Source: Mobula hypostoma
Lineage: Eukaryota
NCBI RefSeq assembly: GCF_963921235.1
Contig: NC_086109.1
Span: 35,776,001 to 35,840,000, forward strand
DNA length: 64,000 nt
Direction of reading: 5' to 3'
A program made the translations under genes and the position numbers. The notes beneath the pieces were generated by a model, which worked only from the letters and a program-made list of their open reading frames with translations, was not told where the DNA came from and made no database searches. Numbering within the stretch: position 1 is the first letter of the stretch; every line of letters starts with the position of its first letter. This document shows, piece after piece, positions 14,278 to 25,457 of this stretch.

Positions 14278-14598
14278 TGTCCCTCCTCCCCTTCTTACCC
14301 TATCCCTTATTCATTTATTACTTTTTATTTTTTCCTTTTTTCCTCTCATTTTTCTCTCTCTGTCCCTCTCACAATAACTCCTTGCCTGCTCTCCATCTTC
14401 CTCTGGTGCTCCCCTCCCCTTTTCTTTCTCCCTAGGCTTCCCGTCCCATGATCCTCTCCCTTCTCGAGCCTTGTATCCCTTTTGCCAATCAACTTTCTAG
14501 CTCTTAGCTCCATCCCTCCCCCTCCTGTCTTTTCCTATCATTTTGGATCTCCTCCTCCCCCTCCCACTTTCAAATCTCTTACTATCTCTTCTTTCAGT

Positions 14599-14636
14599 TA
14601 GTCCTGATGAAGGGTCTTGGCCCGAAACGTCGACTG
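14599..14636 (+). ncRNA. Minimal type I hammerhead ribozyme motif
   Basis: UAGUC CUGAUGA A GGGU CUUG GCCC GAAAC GUC^GACUG: core 14604-14610, helix II GGGU/GCCC, palindromic ACGU helix III, helix I UAGUC/GACUG. Predicted cut after 14631. Confidence 0.8.
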
Positions 14637-15486
14637 TGCTTCTTCCTATGTATGCTGTTTGGCCTGCTGCGTTCCACCAGCATTTTGTGTGTGTTGCTTG
14701 AATTTCCAGCATCTGCAGATTTCCTTGTGTTTGCGTCTTTCTACAGGAAATAAGCAGATACCTCCCTTCATGTTATACATCTAACAGTCAAGTACAACAA
14801 TAAATGGACCACCCTTTTAAAATAGGAGTTTATTAAACTAGATGTGTTACCTATATATTCTTTTTTAACTGAAAAAATAATGATTCAGTTTGTGAATAAG
14901 TAAGGTGCTGGTAACTAACAGTGATTAATTCTTATGCTTTTTCTATTGGAAGTAGACTACAGGCATTTAAAATGTACTAAGTATTTGTTTTCATCAAATA
15001 TATCTGTGAATACTATTAACATCAGAAGTTAGAGTTAGCCATGCACAATTTAATTCGTTAAGTAATGAAATACTTTGCCATTGTTAACAATGGTATATTT
15101 AGTGACTGGACTAGTTTTGGAAAGTCTGGACCTCTGATCTAGATATAGGAATCCGTAGCAGCTGTGGAATTCAAATTTGAGTAATGAACTAAAGGATAGA
15201 ATAGGTAAAAAAAAGTCATAGTCATGGAGAAGTACAGCATAGATACAGGCCCTTCAGCCCATCTAGTCCACACTGAAACCACTTAAACTGTGGCTACTCC
15301 CATCAATCTGCACTTGGACCTTAGCTTTCAATACCCCTACCACCTTTGCACCTATCCAAACTTCTCTTCGATGTTGAAATCAAACTTGCATGCACCACTT
15401 GTGCTGGATTTATATTCCACACTCTCACGACCCTCTAAGTGAAGACGTTTCCCCTCAAGTTCCCCTTAAACTTCTCATCTCTCATA

Positions 15487-15786
15487 CAACTGGTTAAGGC
15501 GTTAGCCTAGTGATCTGAAGGTCGCTAGTTCGAGCCTCAGCTGAGGCAACGTGTTGTGTCCTTGAGCAAGGCACTTAACCACACATTGCTCTGCGACGAC
15601 ACTGGTGCCAAGCTATATCGGCCCTAGTGCCCTTCCCTTGGACAACATTGGTGGCGTGGAGAGGGGTAACTTGCAGCATGGGCAACTGCTGGTCTTTCAT
15701 ACAACCTTGCCCAGGCCTGTGCCCTGGAAACCTTCCAAGGCACAAATCCTTGGTCTCACGAGACTAACGGATGCCTATATATATAT
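15487..15786 (+). mobile_element. tRNA-derived SINE (family 1) inserted in CR1-A
   Basis: TGGTTAAGGCG A-box region, GTTCGAGCC B box (~15528), GTGTCCTTGAGCAAGGCACTTAACC core and (TA)n tail; CR1 sequence resumes afterwards. Confidence 0.8.
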
Positions 15787-17778
15787 TTTTTTTTTACATA
15801 CTTAATCTATGACCTTTTGTTGTAGTCCCACCCAACCTCAGTGGAAAAAGCCTGCGAACATTTACCCTTTCTATATCCCTCATAAGTCTGTAAACCTCTA
15901 TCAAACCTCCTTTTAATCTTCGACATTCTAAAGAATACAGATCTAACCTTTCCAATCTTTCCCTATAACTCAGGTCCTTCATACCCGGCAGCATCCTTGT
16001 AAATTTTCTCTGCACTCTTTCTACTTTGTTTACATCTTTCCTGTAAGTAGGTGACAAAAACTGCACACAATCCTCCAAATTAAGCCTCACCTTCGTTTTA
16101 TACAGCTTCAACGTAACTTTCTATTTCCTGTACTCAGTACTTTGACTTATGAAGGACAATGTGCCAAAACCTTTCTTTACAACCCTATCTGTGATGCCAC
16201 TTTCAAAAAAAATATGGACCTGTATTCCCGGATCCATATGTTCTACCACACATCTTAGTGCCCTACTGTTCACCGTGTAAGACCTACCTGGTTGGTTCTA
16301 CTGAAGTTCAAAATCTCACACTTGTCTGCATTATGTTCCATTTGCCATTTTTCAGTCCATTTTTCCAACTGATGCAGACCCCTCTGCAAATCATGATAGC
16401 CTTCCTCACGGTCCACTACATCCGCAAATTTGGTGTCATCTGAAAATCTGTCGATCCAGTTAACCACATTATCAGTCAGATCATTGATATAGAAGACAAA
16501 CAACAACAGACTCAGCACTAATCACTGCAGCACACCATGTCACAGGCTTCCAGTCAGAGAAGCAACCCTCTAGTATCGGTGTCTGGCTTCTCCCAAAAAG
16601 CCAATGTCTAATCCAATTTACTACTTTATCCTAAATGCTGAGCAATCAAACCTTCTTGACCACCCTCCAATGCAGAACCATGTAAAATCCCTTACTAAAG
16701 TCCATGTAGACAACATCCACTGCATTGCCTTCATACACTTTTCTAGAAACTTACTCGAAAAATTCTTTAAGAGAGCCATGCTGACTATCCTTAATCAGTC
16801 CATGTCTATCCAAATACTAATATATCCAGTTCCTTAGAATATCTTCCAATAACTTTCCCACAATTGATGTCAGACTCACTGGCCTATAATTTCCTGATTG
16901 ATGTTTAGAGCCTTTTTTAAGCAGCGAAACAACATTAGCTATCTTCCAATCCTCTAGTACTTCTCCTGTCACTTATGATATTTTAAATATCTCTGTTAGG
17001 GTCCCAGCAATTTCTGCACTTTCCTCCTGTACGGTTTGAGGGAGCACCTTGTCAGGCCCTGGGGATTTATCCACCCTGATTTGCCTCAGGATAGCAAATA
17101 CCTCCTTCTCTAAAATCTGTGCAGGGTCCATGAAGTTGAGGCCATAGAACCATAGAAACTATAGAAAAACTACAGCACAGAAACAGGCCTTTTGGCCCTT
17201 CTTGGCTGTGCCGAACTATTTTCTGCCTAGTCCCGCTGACCTGCACATGGACCATATCCCTCCATACACCTCCCATCCATGTATCCGTCCAATTTATTCT
17301 TAAATGTTAAAAAAGAACCCACATTTACCACCTCGTCTGGCAGCTCATTCCACACTCCCACCACTCTCTGTGTGAAGAGGCCCCCCTTAATTTTCCCTTT
17401 AAACTTTTCCCCCCTCACCCTTGTCCTCTGGTTTTTCTCTCCCCTTGCCTCAGTGGAAAAAGCCTGCTTGCATTCACTATCTATACCATCATAATTTTAT
17501 ATACCTCTATCAAATCTCCCCTCATTCTACTACTCTCCAGGGAATAAAGTCCTAACCTATTCAACCTTTCTCTGTAACTGAGTTTCTCAAGTCCCGGCAA
17601 CATCCTTGTAAACCTTCTCTGCACTCTTTCAACCTTATTAATATCCTTCCTGTAATCTGGTGACCAAAACTGAACACAATACTCCAGATTCGGCCTCACC
17701 AATGCCTTATACAACCTCATCATAACATTCCAGCTCTTATACTCAATACCTTGATTAATAAAGGCCAATGTACCAAAA

Positions 17779-19394
17779 CAACACACATCAAAGTTGCTGG
17801 TGAACGCAGCAGGCCAGGCAGCATCTCTAGGAAGAGGTACAGTCGACGTTTCAGGCCGAGACCCTTCGTCAGGACTAACTGAAGGAAGAGTTAGTAAGAG
17901 ATTTGAAAGTGGGAGGGGGAGGGGGAGGGGAGATCCAAAATGATAGGAGAAGACAGGAGGGGGAGGGATGGACCAAGAGCTGGACAGGTGATTGGCAAAG
18001 GGGATATGAGAGGATCATGGGACGGGAGGTCTGGGGAGAAAGACAAGGGGAGGGAGAAAACCAAAGGATGGGCAAGGGGTATAGTCAGAAGGACAGAGGG
18101 AGAAAAAGGAGAGTGAGAGAAAGAATGAGTGTATAAAAATAAATAACGGATGGGGTACGAGGGGGAGGTGGGGCATTAGCGGAAGTTAGAGAAGTCGATG
18201 TTCATGCCATCAGGTTGGAGGCTACGCAGACGGAATATAAGGTGTTGTTCCTCCAACCTGAGTGTGGCTTCATCTTTACAGTAGAGGAGGCCGTGGATAG
18301 ACATGTCAGAATGCGAATGGGATGTGGAATTAAAATGTGTGACCACAGGGAGATCCTGCTTTCTCTGGTGGACAGAGCGTAGGTGTTCAGCAAAGCGGTC
18401 TCCCAGTCTATGTCAGGTCTCGCCAATATATAGAAGGCCACATCGAGAGCACCGGACACAGTATATCACCCCAGCCGACTCACAGGTGAAGTTTCGCCTC
18501 AACTGGAAGGACTGTCTGGGGCCCTAAATGGTGGTAAGGGAGGAAGTGTAAGGGCATGTGTAGCACTTGTTCTGCTTACAAGGATAAGTGCCAGGAGGGA
18601 GATCAGTGGGGAGGGATTGGGGGGACGAATGGACAAGGGAGTCGCCTAGGGAGAGATCCCTGCGGAAAGCATTGGGGGGGGGAGGGAAAGATGTGCTTAG
18701 TGGTGGGATCCCATTGGAGGTGGCGGAGGTTACGGAGAATAATATGTTGGACCCGGAGGCTGGTGGGGTGGTAGGTGAGGACCAGGGGAACCCTATTCCT
18801 AGTGGGGTGGCGGGAGGATGGAGTGAGAGCAGATGTGCGTGAATTGGGGGAGATGAGTTTGAGAGCAGAGTTGAGAGTGGAGGAAGGGAAGCCCCTTTCT
18901 TTAAAAAAGGAGGACATCTCCCTCATCCTGGAATGAAAAGCCTCATCCTGAGAGCAGATGCGGCGGAGACGGAGGAATTGCGAGAAGGGGATGGCATTTT
19001 TGCAAGAGACAGGGTGAGAAGAGGAATAGTCCAGATAGCTGTGAGAGTCAGTAGGCTTATAGTAGACATCAGTGGATAAGCTGTCTCCAGAGACAGAGAC
19101 AGAAAGATCTAGAAAGGGGAGGGAGGTGTTGGAAATGGACCAGGTAAACTTGAGGGCAGGGTGAAAGTTGGAGGCAAAGTTAATAAAGTCAACGAGCTCA
19201 GCATGCATGCAGGAAGCTGCGCCAATGCAGTCGTCGATGTAGCGAAGGAAAAGTGGGGGACAGATACCAGAATAGGCACGAAACATAGATTGTTCCACAA
19301 AGCCAACAAAAAGGCAGGCAGAGCTAGGACCCATACAGGTGCCCATAGCTACACCTTTAGTTTGGAGGAAGTGGGAGGAGCCAAAGGAGAAATT
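17779..19394 (-). mobile_element. Penelope-like retroelement (partial RT + GIY-YIG) nested in CR1-B
   Basis: 12-bp TSD AATGTACCAAAA (17767-17778, 19395-19406). ORF 18603-19346 has MGTCMGPS, LRYIDD, LPFLD and YYKPTD Penelope RT motifs; the GIY-YIG region follows. Confidence 0.92.
17840..17877 (-). ncRNA. Minimal type I hammerhead ribozyme motif
   Basis: Minus strand reads UAGUC CUGACGA AGG GUCUCGG CCU GAAAC GUC^GACUG. Confidence 0.8.
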
Positions 19395-22300
19395 AATGTA
19401 CCAAAAGCTCTCTTTATGATCCTATCTACCTGTGACGCCTCTTTTAGGGAATTTTGTATCTGTATTACCAGATTCCTCTGTTCTACTGCACTCCTCAGTA
19501 GCACTCCTCAGTAACTTACCATTTACCCTGCATGTTCTACCTTGGTTTGTCCTTCCAAAGTGCAGTACCTCATACTTGTCTGTATTAAACTCCATCTGCC
19601 ATTTTTCAGCCCATTTTCCATCTGGTCCAAGTCCTTCTGTAGGCTCTGAAAACCTTCCTCACTGTCCACTACACCTCCAATCTTTGTATCATCAGCAAAT
19701 TTGCTGATCCAATTTACCACATTATCATCCAGATCATTGATATAGATGACAAATAACAATGGACCCAGCACTGATCCCTGTGGCACACCACTAGTCACAG
19801 GTCTCCACTCGGAGAAGCAATTCTCTACTACCACTCTTTGGCTTCTTCCACTGAGCCAATGTCTAATCCAATTTACCAGCTCTCCATGTATTCCTAGCGA
19901 CTGAATTTTCCTAACTAACCTCCCATGCGGGCCCTTGTCAAAGGTTTTACTGAGGTCCATGTAGACAATATCCACTGTCTTCCCCTCATCCACTTTCCTG
20001 GTAACCTCCTCGAAAAACTCCAATAGATTGGTGAAACATGACCTACCACGCACAAAGCCATGTTGACTCTCCCTAATTAAGTCCCTGTCTATCCAAATGC
20101 TTGTAGATTCTGTCTCTTAGTACTCCCTCCAATAACTTACCCACTACCAACGTCAAATTTACCAGCCTATAATTTCCTGGATTACTTTTCGATCCTTTTT
20201 TAAACAATGTAACAACATGAGCTACTCTCCAATCCTCCGGCACCTCACCCGCAGACACCGACATTTTAAATCTATCTGCCAGGGCCTCTGCAATTTCAAC
20301 ACTAGTCTCCTTCAAGGTCTGAAGGGAATACCTTGTCAGGTCCTGGGGATTTATCCACTTTAATTTTCCTCAAGATAGCAAGCACCTCCTCCTTTTCAAT
20401 TTGTACAGTTTCCATGATCTCACTACTTGTTTCCCTTAATTCCATAGACTTCATGCCAGTTTCCTTAGTAAATACAGATGCAAAAAACCCATTTAAGATC
20501 TCCCCCATTTCTTTTGGTTCCCCACATAGCTGACCACTCTGATCTTTAAGAGGACCAATTTTATCCCTTACAATCCTTTTACTCTTAATATACTTGTAAT
20601 ATCTTTGGATTATCCTTCACTTTGACTGCCAAGGCAATCTCATGTCTTCTTTTAGCCCTCCTGATTTCTTTCTTAAGTATTTTCTTGCACTTTTTATACT
20701 CCTCAAGCACCTTATTTACTCCATGTTTCCTATACATGTCATACAACTCTCTCTCCTTCTTTATCAGAGTTGCAATATCCCTTGAGAACCAAGGTTCCTT
20801 ATTCCTATTCACTTTGCCTTTAATCCTGACAGGAACATACAAGCTCTGCACTCTCAAAATTTCCCCTTTGAAGATTTCCCACTTACTGATCACATCCTTG
20901 CCAGAGGACAACCTGTCCCAATCCACGCTTTTTAGATCCTTTCTCATTTCTTCAAATTTGGCCTTCTTCCACACTTTGCCACACTTCTATAGATTCTGTA
21001 TCCATCTCTTGCGTAAATACAGATAAACAGAATCTATTTAAGATTTCTTCACCTGTTTTTGCTTCGAAAATGGTTTACCAGTTTGGTCTTCCAGAGGACC
21101 AATTTTGTTCCTTACAATCCTTTTGCTTCTAATCTATCTGTAGAACCCCTTAGGATTCTCCTTCACTTTGTCTACCAGAGTAACTTCATGCCATCTTTTA
21201 ACCCTCCTGATTTTTTTCTTAAGTGTTCTCTTGCATTTTTTATACTCCATAAGCACCTCATTTGTCCTACTTGCCTATACCTGCTATGCACCTCCTTTTT
21301 CTCCTAACCAGGGCCTCAATATCTCTTGAAAACCAAGGTTCCCCACATTTGTTATCTTTATCTTTTATTCTGACACACACATACAAGTTTTGTACTCTCA
21401 AAATATTGTTCTTGAAGGCCTCCCACTTTCCAATTACACCTTTGCCAGAAAATAGCCTGTCCCATTCCACACATGCCACATCATGTCTAATACCATTAAA
21501 CCTGTTTTTTTTTTCCAATTTAGAACCTCAACCGGCGTACCAGACCTATCTTTTTGCATACTTACCTTGAAACTAATGGTGTTGTGGCACTGGATGCAAA
21601 GTGTTCCCCTGCACAAACATCTGTCACCTGCCCTGTCTCAATCCCTAATGGCAGATCCAGTATTGCACACTCTCTCATTGGGAATTCTACGTACTAATGA
21701 AGGAACCTTTTCTGAACACATTTGGCAAATGTTCTCCCATCTAGTCCTTTTACAGTATTTGTTTCCCAGTCAATATGTGGAAAGTTAAAATCATTTACTA
21801 TAACAACCTTATGATTCTTGCAACATTCTACAATTTCTTTACAAATTTGATCCTCTAAATCCCTAGGACTGTTGGATTGTCTGTAATATAGCCCCATTAA
21901 CATGCTCATACCTTTCTTATTTCTCAGTTCAATCCATAATGCCTCACTAATTGACTTATCCAATCAGTTCTAGACAGAGCACTGCTGTGATATTTTTCCT
22001 GTTTAGTAACACCACTCCTCCTCATTTAATCCCTCCCACTCTCTCACATCTAAAACAACGGAACCCCAGAATATTGAGCTGCCAGTCCTGCTCCTCCTGC
22101 AATAAAGTCTCACTAATGGCAATGATGACATAATTCCAGGTGTTGATCCATGCCCTGAACTCATCTGCTTTGCTTCCAATACTTTTTGCATTGAAATATA
22201 TGCAGCTCAGAACACTAGTTACACCACGCTCAATCTTATGATTCCAACTTTGTCTGAGATCTTACCAACATCTGCCTTCATAAACTCTCCGCTAACAGTT

Positions 22301-23878
22301 CTAACACTCTGGTTCCATCCCAGCATCTCTAGTTTAAACCCTACCACACAGCAATACCAAACTTTCTCACTAGGATATTAGTGTACTTCGAGTTCAGGTA
22401 CAAACTGTCCCTTCTGTACACATTCCACCTTCCCTGGAAGAGAGCCCAATTATCTAAAAATCTTATGCCCTCCCTACTACACCAACTCTTTAGTCATGTG
22501 TTAAACTGTATAATCTTCCTAGTTCTGGTCTCACTAGCACGTAGCACCCTGAGATCACAACCCTGAAGTTCCTGCCCTTTAACTTAGCAGAACTCATCGA
22601 ACTCTCTACGCAGAAGCTTGTCACTCATCCTACCCATGTCATTGGTAACTACCTCTGGCTGTTCACCATCCCACTTAAGAATGCTGAGGATTCAATCCTG
22701 GTACCCAGAAGGCAACATACCATCTGGGAATCCCGTTCTCACTCACAGAACCTCCTGTCCATTCCCCTAACTAATAAATCCCCTATCACCACAGCGCTCC
22801 TCTTCTCTCCACTTTGCTTCTGAGTCACAGAGTTAGACTCAGTGCCAGAGTGCCAGACACTGTGATTTTCCTCTGTTATGTCACCCCTCCCCACCCCCAT
22901 CAGAATCCAAAGTGTTGTTGTTGAGAGGACTGGCCAGAGGGGTACTCTGTACTAACTGTTTAACCCCTTTCCCCTTCCTAACTGTCAGCAAGTTTCCTGT
23001 GTCCTGCATCTTGGGCGAAACTACCTCTCTATATGTCCTATCTGTCACCCCTTCAGCCTCTTGAATGATCCAGAGTTCATCCAGTTCCAGCTCCAACTCC
23101 TTATCGCGGATTGTTAGAAGCTGCAGCTGGATGCACTTCTCGCAGCTGTAGTTGTCAGGGACATTGGAGGTCTCCCCGTCTTTCCAAATCCCACAAGAGG
23201 AGCACTCAACCATCCTGCCTGGTATCTCTACTGTCCTAACTGAGCAGAAATGAGAAAACAAAGGGAAAAAAAACCTTTTTTTTTGCTGGTCAGAGCTCAA
23301 TAACTGGTCATGAAATGACAAGATTATTATGAGAACCTAACGGATTCGCGGTTATCTTTCAGAGAAGGAAATTTGCAGTCCTTATAATATCTACCTTATA
23401 TGTTCCTCCAGATACAGCTACCAATGCAATTGACACTTAACATCCTGCATGGTACAGGGACATTTAAGAATAGACATTGCCAATCATGTCCATGTCTGTG
23501 AACAAATCCATCAATATTCCATAAAAACTTACTATAAGCAATAGTTGCTGATTGTTAGGGTCTGACTTCAGGGTGGATTGGATTAGCACATTGATTAGCC
23601 TTCTTTTGGATTTGAATTTTAATTAGGACTAATGACATAAACTATTTTAAATGCCAATTGGAAACCTAAGAGTCAGCTTGCCTCATTAGCACTTCTCTAA
23701 TAATTTAGAACCTCGACACCTTGGTGCAGCACCAATACAAATTAGGTGGTGTCATTTACTTTTGGTATTATCAGATTTTAAGTACCATTCAGTTTTACTG
23801 GATGGTATTTAATTGTCATAGTATGAATTAGAACAGAGATATTTCCCATTTATCTCATCTCCCATTATAGTTTAACTG

Positions 23879-23971
23879 GTGACAGGCCCATCCCCACCGG
23901 TTGCTATTCCCTTGTGTTATACAGTGACATATCCATCCCCACTGTTACTGTACCCCAATGTTATACAGTGA
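23879..23971. repeat. ~44-bp minisatellite, about 2 units
   Basis: GTGACA..CCATCCCCAC..TT.CT.T.CCC..TGTTATACA twice, plus GTGA. Confidence 0.7.
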
Positions 23972-24466
23972 TAGTTAAAAAAATACTATTTTTAATGAAG
24001 TTAAAGGCTTAAAAATATTATGTCAATAAGTTACAATGTACTTTAAGTAATTTTAAGTTAAGAAGTAAAAAACCTAAATAAAAAGTTAAAAGTACTATTT
24101 TTAAAACATTTCTTGAATATTCTTAGCAGAACACCAGACATTTAAGTTCAACTTTATTGTCATCTGACTGTACATGTATACAACCAAACAAAACAATATT
24201 CCTCCAGACCACAGTGCACTCACAACACATATGTCACAAATTGCACATACAGTAAACCAAAATATTACCATAAATACATTAATAAAATAAAATACAATTA
24301 TAATTCACAATGTATAGAGTGTGCAGGACAAGTAAACAGACCTTTGACCTCAGTGGTGGCAGGGTATTTAATAGTCTCACAGTCTGAGGGAAGAGGTTGT
24401 TACCCAATATGGCATTCTGATTCCTGATGCTTCTGTATCTCCTTCCTGGTGATAGTAGATCAAATA

Positions 24467-25017
24467 GGTGGTGGTGTATGGGGTGTCAGGGAGGGGTAGC
24501 ACCTCTGGTGGGGGAACATGTCGCGTCCTTTTCAAGGCGGTTAGTCCACCTTTGGTCCCCACCTGGCACTCAGCTCTTACCTGTGGCTCCCCGTAGTTGT
24601 TTGCATGCGACAGTGGCCACACCCCGGCAACGGCTTCGACAAGCCTGCTAAACCAGGTGATGGTAGCCGACGGGTCTCAACCCTCGGTGAGATAAGGGAG
24701 TTGGCTATCCCAGACAGATTCCGGCGGATTGAGCGGGCGAGCCCAAAGGTCCAACGGTCAAGAAGGCAGTCTCTGCAAGCGTCGTGGAAGGTGTAGAGCA
24801 GGACAAGACACAGAAGATGTCCTGGTCATCCACTGCGCCTAGCCCTATCTCCAGTCATCTCCACTCTGTCTTGCCGCTGGATCCAGATGAGAATTGAGAA
24901 GAGAGAGTGAGGTTGACGCTGCGCAACTCTCCCTCACTTAAATCCAAATCACATGCTAGTCTCGACACCATCATAATGGTGTCGAGGTCCTCATTGACAT
25001 CAACGATGGACGAACAC
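24467..25017 (+). mobile_element. Non-coding, RTE-type bipartite non-autonomous retroelement (~550 bp)
   Basis: 11-bp TSD TAGATCAAATA (24456-24466, 25018-25028); GC-rich, no credible ORF; 5' HDV-like ribozyme fold; 3' perfect hairpin at 24961-24986. The RTE assignment rests on recalled similarity of CCTCACTTAAATCCAA...GGTCCTC...GGACGAACAC to RTE-derived elements. Confidence 0.7.
24480..24660 (+). ncRNA. HDV-like self-cleaving ribozyme (predicted)
   Basis: P1 GGGGUGU 24480-86 / ACACCCC 24619-25; P2 UUACCUGU 24577-84 / ACCAGGUGA 24652-60 (one bulge); P3 GGC 24585-87 / GCC 24616-18; L3 UCC with P1.1 partner GG 24626-27; P4 GGCUU/AAGCC; J4/2 G-C24648-UAA. Confidence 0.75.
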
Positions 25018-25395
25018 TAGATCAAATAAGTTGTGGGATGGGTGGTAGGGATCCTGAACACTGCTTCAGGCCCTTCTTCTGCAACATTCCCAGTAAAATG
25101 TCACAAGCAGTGAGGAGGGAGACCCCAGTGATCCTCTTGGCAGTTTTTAATATCACCTGTAGAGTCTTGTTTTCCGATGCCTTGCGCTTTCCATACCACC
25201 CAATGACGCAGCCTGAGAGGACAATGTCTCTGGTGCTCCTGTAGAAAGTTAGAATCAGGGCAGAGAGCCTTGCAAGCCTCAGTCTCCCCAGAAAGTGTAT
25301 TCACTGCTCTGCTTTCATGACTAGTGAGCAGGTGTTGTGGGTCCAGGTTAAGGCCATTAATTATGTACACATCAAGGGACTTTGTGCTCATCACT

Positions 25396-25457
25396 TTCCA
25401 CAGAAGAAAACGTCAAGCTCTATTCTTCCACAGAAGAAAACGTCAAGCTCTATTCTT
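25396..25457. repeat. Perfect 30-bp tandem duplication
   Basis: TTCCACAGAAGAAAACGTCAAGCTCTATTC x2. Confidence 0.95.

Larger units (their letters stand above)
12928..14736 (+). mobile_element. Penelope-like retroelement, 5'-truncated, with inverted terminal duplication
   Basis: Main copy 13598-14736(+); inverted copy 12928-13598(-) of 14031-14703. Flanked by an imperfect 15-bp TSD: CTTTATATAGGAAAT (12913-12927) / CTTTCTACAGGAAAT (14737-14751). Confidence 0.9.
17143..20971 (-). mobile_element. Younger 5'-truncated CR1 LINE (copy B) nested in CR1-A
   Basis: Tail (CATAGAA[A/C])n at 17143-17170; RT ORF 19523-20053 (GVPQGSVLGPLLF..YINDL..KFADDTK); KSPGPD in ORF 20302-20508. CR1-A resumes at ~20972. 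Confidence 0.9.
15215..23260 (-). mobile_element. Near full-length CR1 LINE (copy A), interrupted by a SINE and by CR1 copy B
   Basis: ORF1 zinc finger/leucine zipper (MVECSSC..CEKCIQLQLL..ELELELDEL, 22881-23321), APE-endonuclease remnants (..LYYR..DFNFPHIDW, 21694-21963), RT (FSDDTK, 16270-16518) and C-terminus (15794-16111). Tail GTCATAGTCAT at 15215. Confidence 0.9.
24140..25400 (-). mobile_element. Rex1/Babar-type LINE 3' fragment, interrupted by the 24467-25017 element
   Basis: AAGTTCAACTTTATTGTCAT tail; body homologous to 48590-49575 and 60074-60737. Confidence 0.7.

Noticed and set aside
15490..15545. tRNA gene
   Set aside because: A/B boxes are present but there is no complete cloverleaf; the sequence runs into a SINE core and tail.
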